Shown here: piece by piece, positions 17,101 through 25,535 of the stretch
Layout of the letters: each line of letters begins with the position of its first letter
Numbering within the stretch: the first letter of the stretch is position 1
From: a virus
Taxonomy: Duplodnaviria; Caudoviricetes
Direction: 5' to 3' (one strand)
Virus record (IMG/VR): IMGVR_UViG_3300049486_000058
Span: 1 to 32,564 of that record
Length of the DNA: 32,564 nucleotides
Notes under the pieces: generated by a model
Database searches by the model: none
Told to the model about the DNA's origin: nothing
Seen by the model: the letters and a program-made list of their open reading frames with translations, nothing else
Translations under genes and position numbers: made by a program

Positions 17101-18248
17101 TTTTCTATTGCTGGTAGTAATGCCTCACCAATTCTCATCGCTGCATCACCTACAGCTTGAGCTAAATCTAAAAATTTTAAAACTGCATCTTGGCTAAATT
17201 GTTCTAGTTCTGCTTGATTTTGTCTGAGGAATTGATAGAGAGAGTCTAGAGAATTAACTAATGGTTCAAGCAGTGGTTGACCTGCCTTTTGGGCAACAAC
17301 CTCTAAAACTTCTTGAATATTGCTACTGATACCCGAAATACTGCGGGCTGCGAGTTTATTACCCTCTACAAACGGCTTTAACCTTTCTCTTAATTGATCC
17401 ACCAAAATACCTTGAGCTTTCCATTCTCGTACTTGCTCATTGGTAATACCCAATTGTTTGGCTAGGACAGAGTTGATTGTGATTTGTCCGCGCAGGATTG
17501 AGTTTATTTCCTGGCGGGCTTGGTACAAAGGCAACCCAATTGTACCTAATGCGGCTGCAAAGTCAGTTGTTAGTTTAGCCGCAGCGTCAATACTTGAAGG
17601 AATTTCTTTACTTTGATTAGTTAGATTCGCAGCTTGGGATGTCAGGATATTGAAAACTTGAATTAGCTGTTGGCTTGTTACACCAACAACATCTAAGCTT
17701 GCAGTTCTAACTTGCTGAACTGCTTTTTGAACTGCTGGGTCTAGAGCTTTAATAGCTTGCAGAGGGTCTTTTATCTCAACACCATCTGCTAGAACTTTAT
17801 TAACAGCTACTAGGTTGGCTCTCGCTCCTAGTAGCTGTTGATTTAATTGTTCATTTTGCCCAATTAATAGGTCATAAGCTGGTTTAGCTGCTGCGGCTAA
17901 ATTTTGTACAGCTTGAATGACATTGTTAAATTGAAAAGCTAATTCAGCTACACCGGGCGAACTATTTCTATTACCTCTATTTATGTTATCACCACTAGCT
18001 TTCACTGCCTCACCAGTAGCTTTCGCAGTTTGGGCTAATTTCTCGTATTCCTCTCGTGTGATTCCCAGTTTCTTGAGCAATTCGTCCGTTATTGCTGCGT
18101 ATCTTCCTTGGGCATCCCTCAATCGCCCTTGAGCGTCAACAAATAATCCGTTTGCTTGCGCTGCTGCTTCTAAAGCCTCACGGAGTTTTTGAGTTTGCTG
18201 GACGGTTTGTTGTGTTCCAGTAGCTTGAAATTGTATTGAAACTTTCAT
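14139..18248 (-). CDS. Tail tape measure protein
   Basis: 1369 aa, A/Q/E/K/L-rich and helical; GRLRDAQGRY near the N-terminus; RFTGGPMKAGQPYLVGDGPG...EVIVP C-terminal motif. Confidence 0.9.
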   Translation of the reverse strand: MKVSIQFQATGTQQTVQQTQKLREALEAAAQANGLFVDAQGRLRDAQGRYAAITDELLKKLGITREEYEKLAQTAKATGEAVKASGDNINRGNRNSSPGVAELAFQFNNVIQAVQNLAAAAKPAYDLLIGQNEQLNQQLLGARANLVAVNKVLADGVEIKDPLQAIKALDPAVQKAVQQVRTASLDVVGVTSQQLIQVFNILTSQAANLTNQSKEIPSSIDAAAKLTTDFAAALGTIGLPLYQARQEINSILRGQITINSVLAKQLGITNEQVREWKAQGILVDQLRERLKPFVEGNKLAARSISGISSNIQEVLEVVAQKAGQPLLEPLVNSLDSLYQFLRQNQAELEQFSQDAVLKFLDLAQAVGDAAMRIGEALLPAIEKLAPAAETVGDLLLTGFKATATTIAGIIELLSPLINQLAQIVVDAAQTIELAQTTVGLLSGAYNDATTAAETYSNITAQLSEEALVNNQKLRAALELRNQAEKEGTQLTQEQIETEKQARLSNQDLIKQIKTHRTELVQASLVGTENKENVKAQIVELERQIKTLEKLDSQFKNSITNIQVQAKDLQELGDTYKQLANEAENAKRVLAEGASGDTELANRSAKELIGLTEKRRQLGQISAAEAIKDLKSVKNNTKIAFEQQVAATEAITKIKQREADQQVADLKFQQQKIQNEIETGQIRQVDGEKQITALKQQELEKRLQATREALARERQEGRGNGDTAQQLVEKERQQQLELLKVRVQGLKAAAKVRQEDGEQEIADLKFQQQKLQAEIEAGQVPQIEGERKLTALKQQEIEKRLQLTREALARERQEGRGNGDIAQQLVEKERQQQVELLKVRTEGQKKQQAVYLKDLEVSLGKAADAIKLSETERLIEIQKSVNKEGLLKQQADQQRLNAKKESINAELKLEAEKLQKLLALPKAANPEDEEARQAKIRVSRSRTASLTLELLQNEQAQQENLRAIAIKAIEDRAAAQSRASAQITADLEKEKAGFEAIQKSIDISTKLLESRANLQKSLANLQQIQSQGELDSLAKALEIRKAIDSTQSLEARLILEKALNDLNIDAATTELDLVYQRQAVEDKIAEQKRAAALADQERAKQSLALKLQEAELTAKQALTNAKIAENQAKQNVNANQAALDKALQNPQDQEAIKNAQQALELSKQQSQLAAENVKNAQAQLQLQPQLAESERKKLNADQKAELAQLDFADKSREASQSIELAQIEAAKFAESMKKANEAVNSGNGSSTPTAPTSRFTGGPMKAGQPYLVGDGPGGKFIPGVSEVIVPNTNSYAVSARKVAELMNPGSLGAAVPASAINGGLQHLTREVQGLRDDLKNRKPVSNNQFIFQQETDQMGKVYEVMDLIRLSMPL
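15720..16290 (-). repeat. Internal tandem duplication in the tape measure gene (294-bp / 98-aa period)
   Basis: CACCATTGCCACGTCCCTCTTGTCTCTCCCGTGCCAGGGCTTC at 15794 and 16088; ADLKFQQQK...TREALARERQEGRGNGD.AQQLVEKERQQQ occurs twice; boundaries approximate. Confidence 0.85.
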
Positions 18249-18844
18249 TACTGCCCCCTAGCCCGTTCCATATCTTGTCTAGCGCGTTTTTGCCATTCGC
18301 GCTGCTGTGCTTTCTCCCTGGTTTTGGGGTCAGCTTGCTGTATTTGTTTTGCTCTAGCTTCTACAGTTCCCAGTAACTGTTCAGCAGGGACATTTTCAGC
18401 CAGTTCTAAAGCCTTTGCTATATCTTGGGTATGTGTCGAAATTGCGGCTAAAACTTCCTCATAAGTGGCACTTTTAGCACCATGATTTTTATCTGATTTT
18501 GGAAAATTGAAATCTACTAAAATACCCTCAAATACTTTCCCCTCTATCTCATAAGGAAAAAGCATTTGAATCATCATATTGATATCAATCCAGTGAACTG
18601 AAACGCCACACAATTCTAAGCACCTGTGGCACAGGTATCGGAAATATTTATCTTTGTCATAAAGTTCTTGTAAAGATAATTCTTCTTCTTTTATATCTTT
18701 TAAATATTTTTGAATCTGAGATAATCTCTCTCTGAATTCCTCACGATTAGCCAAGGAACATCCACGAATAAGCCGATATTCTCCAGAAACGTCTTCAAAT
18801 TCTAAACAATCAAATTTTTCAGTATCAATATGATTAATTTTCAT
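18248..18844 (-). CDS. Putative tail assembly chaperone
   Basis: 198 aa immediately upstream of and coupled (TAATG) to the tape measure gene; synteny only. Confidence 0.6.
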   Translation of the reverse strand: MKINHIDTEKFDCLEFEDVSGEYRLIRGCSLANREEFRERLSQIQKYLKDIKEEELSLQELYDKDKYFRYLCHRCLELCGVSVHWIDINMMIQMLFPYEIEGKVFEGILVDFNFPKSDKNHGAKSATYEEVLAAISTHTQDIAKALELAENVPAEQLLGTVEARAKQIQQADPKTREKAQQREWQKRARQDMERARGQ

Positions 18845-18919
18845 GCTAAAGATTAAATCTTTAGCACTTCATAACATCTAATAAGTGTCAATATCTATAC
18901 TGAAAAAATGCACCATGTA

Positions 18920-20233
18920 CTAAAAATTCACCCAATCGCCTAACTCAAAACCTACCCGCCTGCCTCCAATAGACTCAAACTCAACAGGTGCTGTCCCGTT
19001 TGATGCAGCATATAGCCCCAGGAATGCAGCCCAAGCCCGATCGGCGTGTTCATTACTGTCAGCCTCTACATCAAAGCGAACATTCCCTAACGCCGTCGTT
19101 ACCTTCCTTAAACTGTGTAGATCGGAGCGCAAAGCTTGATTACCAAGTGGAATCCTCACCTTTCTATCCTCAAACTTCTGCTTACCAATCGTCGCTAGTA
19201 CAAGCTTATTACTAGGGGTAAAAAGTACACCCTCAGTTCTCAATTGACCATAGCGACGTTGTGCATCCTCCACAGGCTTTTCACCTAAACCCGTCTGATC
19301 TATAGCCAATCTTACAACTCGATACCTTTGCATCAACTCATCTAAAACCCGATCCTGTTCACGGAAAGGACAATTTTTAAGTTCTGCTAATTCCCTACAC
19401 CAAAACACATCACCCAACTTTTCCCAAACCCAGGCTATCCACAAGTGTTTGCGTCGTGCAATATCATTGCCAATATAACAAGGTCCACCCATGTATAAAT
19501 CGGGAATCCCAGCCCCATCATCCTCAACCGCATTGATCAAATCATAGGACAGCCAAGCAGAAGCCTCATCCAGCCACTTCAACTCATATTCTTGCGCCCA
19601 AGCATCCTCATCATTGAGCGCCCGCCGCAATTCTTCAATATCACGCGGTAAACCCTCCTCAACCGCTTGATAAATATCGACCCGATGCTTACTCCAAATC
19701 GGGTCATTAGAAGTCATTAGATCATAAAATTTGTTCCCCTTGCCGTTGGGAGTTGAAGTAATTCTTAGGTCATGCCCCGCCGAAATGACGGGAAACAACG
19801 CCGTCCAAATTTTGCGGCTATCTTTGTGAAACGCAAACTCATCCAGAAACACACTGGCACTAAAACCCCGTGCCGTATCGGGATTAGCAGGTAAAGCCGT
19901 AATTCTGATGCCATTTGGTAACTCAACCTCTAAAGCCCGATACTTCCCCTCATCCCCCTCCCATTCATAATCCAGAGACTCAAAAGCTAAAGAATAAGCC
20001 TTGCAATGGGGTTTAATCCCCTCTTCCATCGCCTCCTTAGCTTGGCGTTCCCCCCTAGAGAGAATCACCCATCTTTTACGTCTTCCCTCTACCAAAGCCT
20101 CAAAGCAGCTATCAACAATTTCTAGGGTTGTGGTGAAAGTCTTCCCGATCTGCCTTGCCCACATCCCAATCTTGAATCGGCTCTTATCTAAGAGCCATCT
20201 TTTTTGATAGCCATATAAACCAACAGCCGCCAT
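18920..20233 (-). CDS. terL: Terminase large subunit (Mu gp28-like)
   Basis: YQKRW, ARQIGKT (Walker A), ARGFSASVFLDEFAFH (Walker B), ITSTPNG, IGNDIAR, IDQTGLG, HADRAWA. Confidence 0.95.
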   Translation of the reverse strand: MAAVGLYGYQKRWLLDKSRFKIGMWARQIGKTFTTTLEIVDSCFEALVEGRRKRWVILSRGERQAKEAMEEGIKPHCKAYSLAFESLDYEWEGDEGKYRALEVELPNGIRITALPANPDTARGFSASVFLDEFAFHKDSRKIWTALFPVISAGHDLRITSTPNGKGNKFYDLMTSNDPIWSKHRVDIYQAVEEGLPRDIEELRRALNDEDAWAQEYELKWLDEASAWLSYDLINAVEDDGAGIPDLYMGGPCYIGNDIARRKHLWIAWVWEKLGDVFWCRELAELKNCPFREQDRVLDELMQRYRVVRLAIDQTGLGEKPVEDAQRRYGQLRTEGVLFTPSNKLVLATIGKQKFEDRKVRIPLGNQALRSDLHSLRKVTTALGNVRFDVEADSNEHADRAWAAFLGLYAASNGTAPVEFESIGGRRVGFELGDWVNF

Positions 20234-20817
20234 TATAGAATCCCGTAAACGTCTTCTCTCACAATCCGCAAGGTTTCTTTATCAATTTTTCTACCTAAGG
20301 TTTCTTTATCAATTTTTCTACCTGCGGTTTCTTCACCATCTTTTTCTGCCTTAGCCGCTTCTGCTTCAAGCTGCTTAAACTTCTCTTCCAACCGTTTCCG
20401 AGCATCAGATTGATATTTTTTCAGATGCACAGACGACTTATTTAAAGCCGCAATCATATTACCTATGTAGGTAATAGCAGACGCTGGTATTTCCGCTTCC
20501 TCTATATTAATTTTTAACAAAGCACGAAGAGCTTTATTGTAAACTAGCCGCGTCACACCCTCAGCTAAAGCGGCTTCATCATCTTTACAAACCTCAATTA
20601 ATGCTTTACACAGTTCTGCTGATTCCCGCTCTTCGTTTATTTCTTGTTGGTACTTTACCCCATAGCGTTGCAAAGAAGATTTCGCAATCTCATAGCCCCA
20701 TTCAGCCAATTTAGCGACTAAATTATCGTAATCAGCAAAAGCATGAACAAGCAAAAATTTATTAACTTGCGAACGAATATCTTCAGGCAACCGCATTACC
20801 TTTGACCGTTGTGGCAT
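20233..20817 (-). CDS. DUF3486 / Mu gp27-like protein (putative terminase small subunit)
   Basis: RSKVMRLPEDIR, GYEIAKSSLQRY, C-terminal VYGI; coupled to terL. Confidence 0.85.
   Translation of the reverse strand: MPQRSKVMRLPEDIRSQVNKFLLVHAFADYDNLVAKLAEWGYEIAKSSLQRYGVKYQQEINEERESAELCKALIEVCKDDEAALAEGVTRLVYNKALRALLKINIEEAEIPASAITYIGNMIAALNKSSVHLKKYQSDARKRLEEKFKQLEAEAAKAEKDGEETAGRKIDKETLGRKIDKETLRIVREDVYGIL
20270..20323 (-). repeat. Perfect 27-bp tandem duplication (GRKIDKETL x2)
   Basis: AAGGTTTCTTTATCAATTTTTCTACCT at 20270-20296 and 20297-20323. Confidence 0.9.
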
Positions 20818-21202
20818 TATAATTTTGTAAAATCTTAAGAATTTGCCTTTCAGTTAAGCTATACTTTTTACTCAATTCAGGTATTGTCATTTTCATTTTA
20901 TCAGCAACTATATCCTGATTTCTCTTTGCCTTTTTGTAACGAGAACCAGTTGCAATTTCTAAATACGTCCCGCCATATTGTTCAATTAGGAAATTGAAAG
21001 CGTCATTCCCTAGTTGGGATAGTAAATGATTATCACTTATCCTTTTAGGAATATATATTCTAGAACCTCCCACAAGGTCTATGAGGGTTTCAGTTGCGAC
21101 ATCGCCAATATGCTTGGCGATTTCCCTTAATCGCTTTGACCAATTATCATTATTAGAGCAAATTTCTCGCGTCATTTCAGTATACAAGCTGAGATAGTAC
21201 AA
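20783..21202 (-). CDS. Mor/C family transcription activator
   Basis: VGGSRIYIPK, YGGTYLEI, RNQDI, IPELSKKYSLTERQILKIL. Confidence 0.88.
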   Translation of the reverse strand: MYYLSLYTEMTREICSNNDNWSKRLREIAKHIGDVATETLIDLVGGSRIYIPKRISDNHLLSQLGNDAFNFLIEQYGGTYLEIATGSRYKKAKRNQDIVADKMKMTIPELSKKYSLTERQILKILQNYNATTVKGNAVA

Positions 21203-21264
21203 GCTTAGTACATCAAATTAATGAATTCTATGCGGTATTATTTCAGGAGTAGTTAAGTTAAATT

Positions 21265-21283
21265 AAAAAACCCCTTGCGGGGT
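21265..21283 (-). terminator. Intrinsic terminator ending the early operon
   Basis: Minus strand reads ACCCC-GCAA-GGGG followed by T6. Confidence 0.7.
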
Positions 21284-21313
21284 CAACTAAGACTAAGTAT
21301 TTTTTACTATTCA

Positions 21314-21661
21314 TCAACCCATCAAGATTTCAGCCCTACTTTCCCAATCCACAGGTAGTTTAAAAATCTTCACAGCTGCTTCTTCATCCGCTCCGATCAA
21401 CTGAGTAGTCCAAACCGTTCCAACTTCTGGGTAAGTTACCGGAAAAACTGAACTATAGTCACCGCAGCTTTCAGCCATCGCTCTATCAATATCCGTAAAA
21501 TCCGGGTGGTTGTGCGGCATGTAAGCGATTCTAGTCTTACTTAAAGCAACCAATCCTAGACCGTATTTTGCATACATCTTTTGAGCAAAAACTACTAGGC
21601 AGATATCAACAAACTTTCCGTAGTTTGGATCTGCGAGTTTTCTTCTTTTGGCTTCTCCCAT
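21314..21661 (-). CDS. Hypothetical protein with MGEAKRRK N-terminus
   Basis: 115 aa; GAGG ribosome-binding site; N-terminal motif familiar from cyanobacterial proteins. Confidence 0.75.
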   Translation of the reverse strand: MGEAKRRKLADPNYGKFVDICLVVFAQKMYAKYGLGLVALSKTRIAYMPHNHPDFTDIDRAMAESCGDYSSVFPVTYPEVGTVWTTQLIGADEEAAVKIFKLPVDWESRAEILMG

Positions 21662-21846
21662 AGTTCACCTCTACTAATAATCACGACTTCAGAAAACGGA
21701 ATCTGACCCCACCCGTACTCCAACCGCACCCACCCATCCCCTATCTCGTAAATCCTCTCTCCCTGGAGATTCCACCAATCAGGGGCGTATTTCCAAGTAC
21801 ATCTGTCCCCCAACCTCAACTCGATTTGTGGGGTCTTCTTTTCCAT
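21595..21846 (-). CDS. Hypothetical protein (small beta-barrel-like)
   Basis: 83 aa, overlaps neighbours within the early operon. Confidence 0.55.
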   Translation of the reverse strand: MEKKTPQIELRLGDRCTWKYAPDWWNLQGERIYEIGDGWVRLEYGWGQIPFSEVVIISRGELWEKPKEENSQIQTTESLLISA

Positions 21847-22223
21847 GCCTTCAAAGCCTCAATCAACTTTGCCTTTTGCCTTGTAGTCAACCATTCCAGC
21901 CGTTCAACTTGCGTTTGTCTCTTAATCCATCTATTCAAAGAATCTCGACTACCACTCCCCGTCTTACCCTGTTCAAACAACTCCTGCCAGAGTTGAAAAA
22001 TCAAACTATCTTGCTTAGAAATTTTACCCTGAACATTTCCGTAAGCTTCCAGAGTAGAAATTACACGCCTCATTTCTCCTACGGCTAAATCACTAGCCGT
22101 TTCTACTTGAAAATACTCGCTCAACAGAAAGCGATAATTTTTATCACTCATCTGAATCTGCTTCTTTAAAATATGAATTCGTGCAAGCAGATTATTTCTT
22201 TCTTCACACATTAAATCACTCAT
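21816..22223 (-). CDS. gemA: GemA / Mu gp16 (DUF1018) family protein
   Basis: LLARIHILKKQIQMSDKNYRFLL...SDL; SLNRWIKRQTQVERLEWL...KLIEALKAW. Confidence 0.88.
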   Translation of the reverse strand: MSDLMCEERNNLLARIHILKKQIQMSDKNYRFLLSEYFQVETASDLAVGEMRRVISTLEAYGNVQGKISKQDSLIFQLWQELFEQGKTGSGSRDSLNRWIKRQTQVERLEWLTTRQKAKLIEALKAWKRRPHKSS

Positions 22224-22813
22224 AACTCACCTACAAATTGCACTGCCTCATTAACACCTTGATGGCTTAAAAAAGTAGCTAAAGCCATCTTCAAAATCTC
22301 CTCCTCACTCCTCCCAGTCCGCGCCCCATACTGCTGCACCATCTCATAGAGTTGCTGTGGCACAGCTGCCAAAATCGCTGCCTCCTGTTCCTCTGCCTCC
22401 TTGCCCTTAGCCTTTTCCATTTCGGGAATCTCAGGCATCATTTGGGGAATAGGCAGGATAAGTTGACCTGCAAGTAAAGGAACGCCAACCTTCTTTAGCC
22501 TGCTCATCATCTTGAGATGAGTCATAGCCCTACCATGTAGCCATTTGCAGTTAGCGTAAATTTCCGCCTCATTTACTGGCCAGTAGTAGCCAGTCTCTGG
22601 AGTCGCCAGAATTGGGAAGCCAGCAGTTCTGAGATTCGTCACGATCTGGCGCAAATATCGCTCATCATTAATAGTGCTCGGTTCATTAGTAATCATCTCC
22701 ACTAAATCTTTAGTCCTAATCCCGTGCCTTGCACCGCGTCGGTATTGAATTTCGAGCAAAACCCGTTCAGGTGTGAGAATTCTCATAATTACCCCCGTCC
22801 TGAGAATTAACAA
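22220..22813 (-). CDS. Winged-helix protein with C-terminal RHH-like segment
   Basis: ERYLRQIVTNLRTAGFPILATPETGYYW; VPQQLYEMVQQYGARTGRSEEEILKMALATFL. Confidence 0.75.
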   Translation of the reverse strand: MLILRTGVIMRILTPERVLLEIQYRRGARHGIRTKDLVEMITNEPSTINDERYLRQIVTNLRTAGFPILATPETGYYWPVNEAEIYANCKWLHGRAMTHLKMMSRLKKVGVPLLAGQLILPIPQMMPEIPEMEKAKGKEAEEQEAAILAAVPQQLYEMVQQYGARTGRSEEEILKMALATFLSHQGVNEAVQFVGEL

Positions 22814-23238
22814 TTGACATAGGTAAACGTTGTTTTGACTTCATTACGAGAACTCCTCTGTATTTGCGGGTCAAATTTCAGCACGAGTTCATAATTAGTC
22901 AACATCTGGTCTTTCTCTACAATCAAACTACCTGGGTAAAATACCAACCCAAATTCCAACTGAAACACAACTGAATAAAAAGCATTAATCAAATCAATTT
23001 CTTGGCTATCCTTGACAACTTGCGGCATATCTTCAATTAGATTTGCATATTGTCCCCTCAGCCAATTAATTCTGAAATGATAATTCTGTAGCCATTGAGT
23101 AGAATTATTAGCCCTAATATCCCCTAATGGCATAGACAAAAGTTTCTCTTGAAACTCAGAAGCTACCAGACGCTCATAAAAAATACTTCTCATCTCCTCA
23201 AAAGAACGATGGTGAAGCAAGATATTATTCATCGTCAT
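22807..23238 (-). CDS. Hypothetical protein
   Basis: 143 aa; GGGGTG ribosome-binding site; overlaps neighbours. Confidence 0.7.
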   Translation of the reverse strand: MTMNNILLHHRSFEEMRSIFYERLVASEFQEKLLSMPLGDIRANNSTQWLQNYHFRINWLRGQYANLIEDMPQVVKDSQEIDLINAFYSVVFQLEFGLVFYPGSLIVEKDQMLTNYELVLKFDPQIQRSSRNEVKTTFTYVNC

Positions 23239-24004
23239 AATTCACCCCACACTGCTTATCCAAAGAAATGATGAGCTTACCCAATCGGCAATCGGCGCAT
23301 TTTTCACCCAACCCAAGTGTGGGACAATCACAGGCAATGTTATAAAACCTAATTAACCTACTACCCCCCAAAGAATGCACATTTTCAACATCCCTGTTGT
23401 TCACAGTAGTTTTAGTCAGAAACTTCTGAGAAACCAAAGTATTGAGCGTTAGAGATATTCGGCTGGCACTATATCCATATTCATCAAATCTTAATCTGAG
23501 TGATTCCTCTGAAACCCCAGGATTACAAAATACAAAATCAATGATTTTGTACAACAGTTCCTGAGAAAAACTAAGCTGTTTATTGATATTTGCCAGTGAT
23601 AAGGAATCAACATCTTTAACAGTTCTACCTATTTTTGACAGAACTCTAATTCTTACAGATGTTTTAGTATGTGGATATTTCCCTTTTATTATCTCCGCTA
23701 ATGTTGTGTGAGATACGCCTAGAAAATTGGCAATCTTTCGCCTCGAAAACTTTTCGCAAGCCGCTTTTAAAATTTCAACCCAATTATCATGAGTGAAATC
23801 TGAATCTAAAGACTTTTGCGGCTGTTGTCCAAAATACAAAAATACTAATTCTTTAATTTTGGTATTTTTAGCCGCATATTTCCCATGAATAATTAAATTG
23901 ATAGTCCTGTTGTTCACATTTAACATTCGAGCTACATGGCTTTGTCCATGAATTGCACACTGGTTTTTGAGAATTTCCAACCAGTTTTGCTGTGTGTCAT
24001 TCAT
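23225..24004 (-). CDS. Tandem XRE-like HTH protein with C-terminal Cys cluster
   Basis: Two NW.EILK..C......A..L.V...T...II.GKY units; CDCPTLGLGEKCADC; ATG at 24004 preferred over ORF-track start 24064. Confidence 0.8.
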   Translation of the reverse strand: MNDTQQNWLEILKNQCAIHGQSHVARMLNVNNRTINLIIHGKYAAKNTKIKELVFLYFGQQPQKSLDSDFTHDNWVEILKAACEKFSRRKIANFLGVSHTTLAEIIKGKYPHTKTSVRIRVLSKIGRTVKDVDSLSLANINKQLSFSQELLYKIIDFVFCNPGVSEESLRLRFDEYGYSASRISLTLNTLVSQKFLTKTTVNNRDVENVHSLGGSRLIRFYNIACDCPTLGLGEKCADCRLGKLIISLDKQCGVNYDDE

Positions 24005-24269
24005 CAGACACCTCCAAATTACCACCACGTACTTGTCGGAGGATATCGAGCAATTTAGAACCATCCAAGGTCATCGGACACAACAAATTACTAACCAGCG
24101 CCTCATTAATGAAATGCGCTGCCATCACTTCCGCTTCCCTTCTAGTGAGTCCCACACCACTAGCTGAAAAATTATCGCCTTCCCAAATGGAGATAGCATT
24201 AATTAAATTGTCAACAGCATCAGCTAGTTCAGAAAAATAACGTCTTGGAATTTGCACTCTATTAATCAT
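23997..24269 (-). CDS. Hypothetical protein
   Basis: 90 aa directly after the ATPase gene, overlapping the next start. Confidence 0.6.
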   Translation of the reverse strand: MINRVQIPRRYFSELADAVDNLINAISIWEGDNFSASGVGLTRREAEVMAAHFINEALVSNLLCPMTLDGSKLLDILRQVRGGNLEVSDE

Positions 24270-24271
24270 CT

Positions 24272-24997
24272 CTAACCTGCCTTTGCTGATAAGAAGAATT
24301 TTTTATGTTGACCCCATTGGGAAGCATTGACCGTTTCCCATTGTTGGGTTTTTGCAAACATCTCAACCCGTGCTAATGCAACAATCATCAAACCCATACC
24401 GCCCTGACTTTCCTTGTGGATTTTAGAAAGTAGGTCATCAGATACCCCAACGTCGCAGACTGTATCTGCCAAAATCCGGGCATCTTGCATATCAAGGGGC
24501 TGAAACTCGACAAACTGGCTGATGCGGCGTGACAGTTGTTGACGATGAGCTAATTTTTTCTCAATGCCGGACATCCCCACCAGAATCACGGGAATGCCTG
24601 CCATATCGTGTATATCTCTGAGGGTTTCTAGCATTCGCAAATCCCGCAGTAGATAGTCGCATTCATCAATAAATAAAGGGCGGCGGGTGGATTCAAACCA
24701 CTCGCACACTGATTTAAGAGTCTTAGCATTCCTCCACTGAGGAGAAATCCCCAAATCAGTCGCTATAGCCCCCAGCATGGAGTTTAGAGTCCATGCCGCG
24801 TTGGCTCTGAGGAAAACTCCGTTAACTTTGGGTTGTTCGATCAACCATTTGATGGATCTAGTTTTGCCAGATCCAGTTCCACCACTGACCAACCCCATCA
24901 CTGGGATACCTAAGCCTAAATTTGCTGTATCTGACAGTGAAAAGTAAGCGCTGGACAGTTGTAATAAATTTTGAACCCTGGCTAATTCCTTTCGCAT
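24272..24997 (-). CDS. Transposition AAA+ ATPase (MuB-like)
   Basis: GGTGSGKT (Walker A), LFIDECDYL (Walker B), ETLRDIHD..GIPVILVGM, QLSRRI; AAGGAG ribosome-binding site. Confidence 0.92.
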   Translation of the reverse strand: MRKELARVQNLLQLSSAYFSLSDTANLGLGIPVMGLVSGGTGSGKTRSIKWLIEQPKVNGVFLRANAAWTLNSMLGAIATDLGISPQWRNAKTLKSVCEWFESTRRPLFIDECDYLLRDLRMLETLRDIHDMAGIPVILVGMSGIEKKLAHRQQLSRRISQFVEFQPLDMQDARILADTVCDVGVSDDLLSKIHKESQGGMGLMIVALARVEMFAKTQQWETVNASQWGQHKKFFLSAKAG

Positions 24998-25057
24998 ATA
25001 ATCTCCTTAGTTGCAACCGCTTGGCAGCAGTTAAATCAGTGCTGCCAAGGGTATTTT

Positions 25058-25354
25058 TTATCTGCCTCTCCCCTTGCGTAGCGGTTTAGGGTTGAGTAAA
25101 AGCTTGATACGACTTACCAATGCTTCCAGGTTACTGATCTGCGAATTTAAGTAACCTAAGCTGCGGTCTTGGATATAGTTGAGATAACCTTTTATTTGTT
25201 TTCTCTCACTGGTGGTAAGCTGTTTTTTAATAGCTTCCCACTGGGAGAGTTTCATCAATTCTTCCAGTTCCGTATTGGTGTAGTCATAGTTGTATTGAGC
25301 TTTTACCCATTCGCATTGCGCTTTATATCGGGCTAGTGCCGGTTCATCCATCAA
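25058..25354 (-). CDS. Hypothetical protein
   Basis: 98 aa, coupled to 25351..25533. Confidence 0.65.
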   Translation of the reverse strand: MMDEPALARYKAQCEWVKAQYNYDYTNTELEELMKLSQWEAIKKQLTTSERKQIKGYLNYIQDRSLGYLNSQISNLEALVSRIKLLLNPKPLRKGRGR

Positions 25355-25533
25355 TCAGCCCTCATAATAAAAAAATCGTTACGTCCAACAGTGTCTCTAA
25401 AAATTCGCTGCCAAAATTGGGCTTGTTCATGAGTAAGAATTATTGCTTGTGATTTCCTACTCCATACGCAGGGTTTACGCACTCCTGCGAAATAACTGCC
25501 ATTAGCTTTATCAAAAATTACCCATTTACTCAT
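25351..25533 (-). CDS. Hypothetical protein
   Basis: 60 aa; AAGGAG ribosome-binding site. Confidence 0.6.
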   Translation of the reverse strand: MSKWVIFDKANGSYFAGVRKPCVWSRKSQAIILTHEQAQFWQRIFRDTVGRNDFFIMRAD

Positions 25534-25535
25534 GA

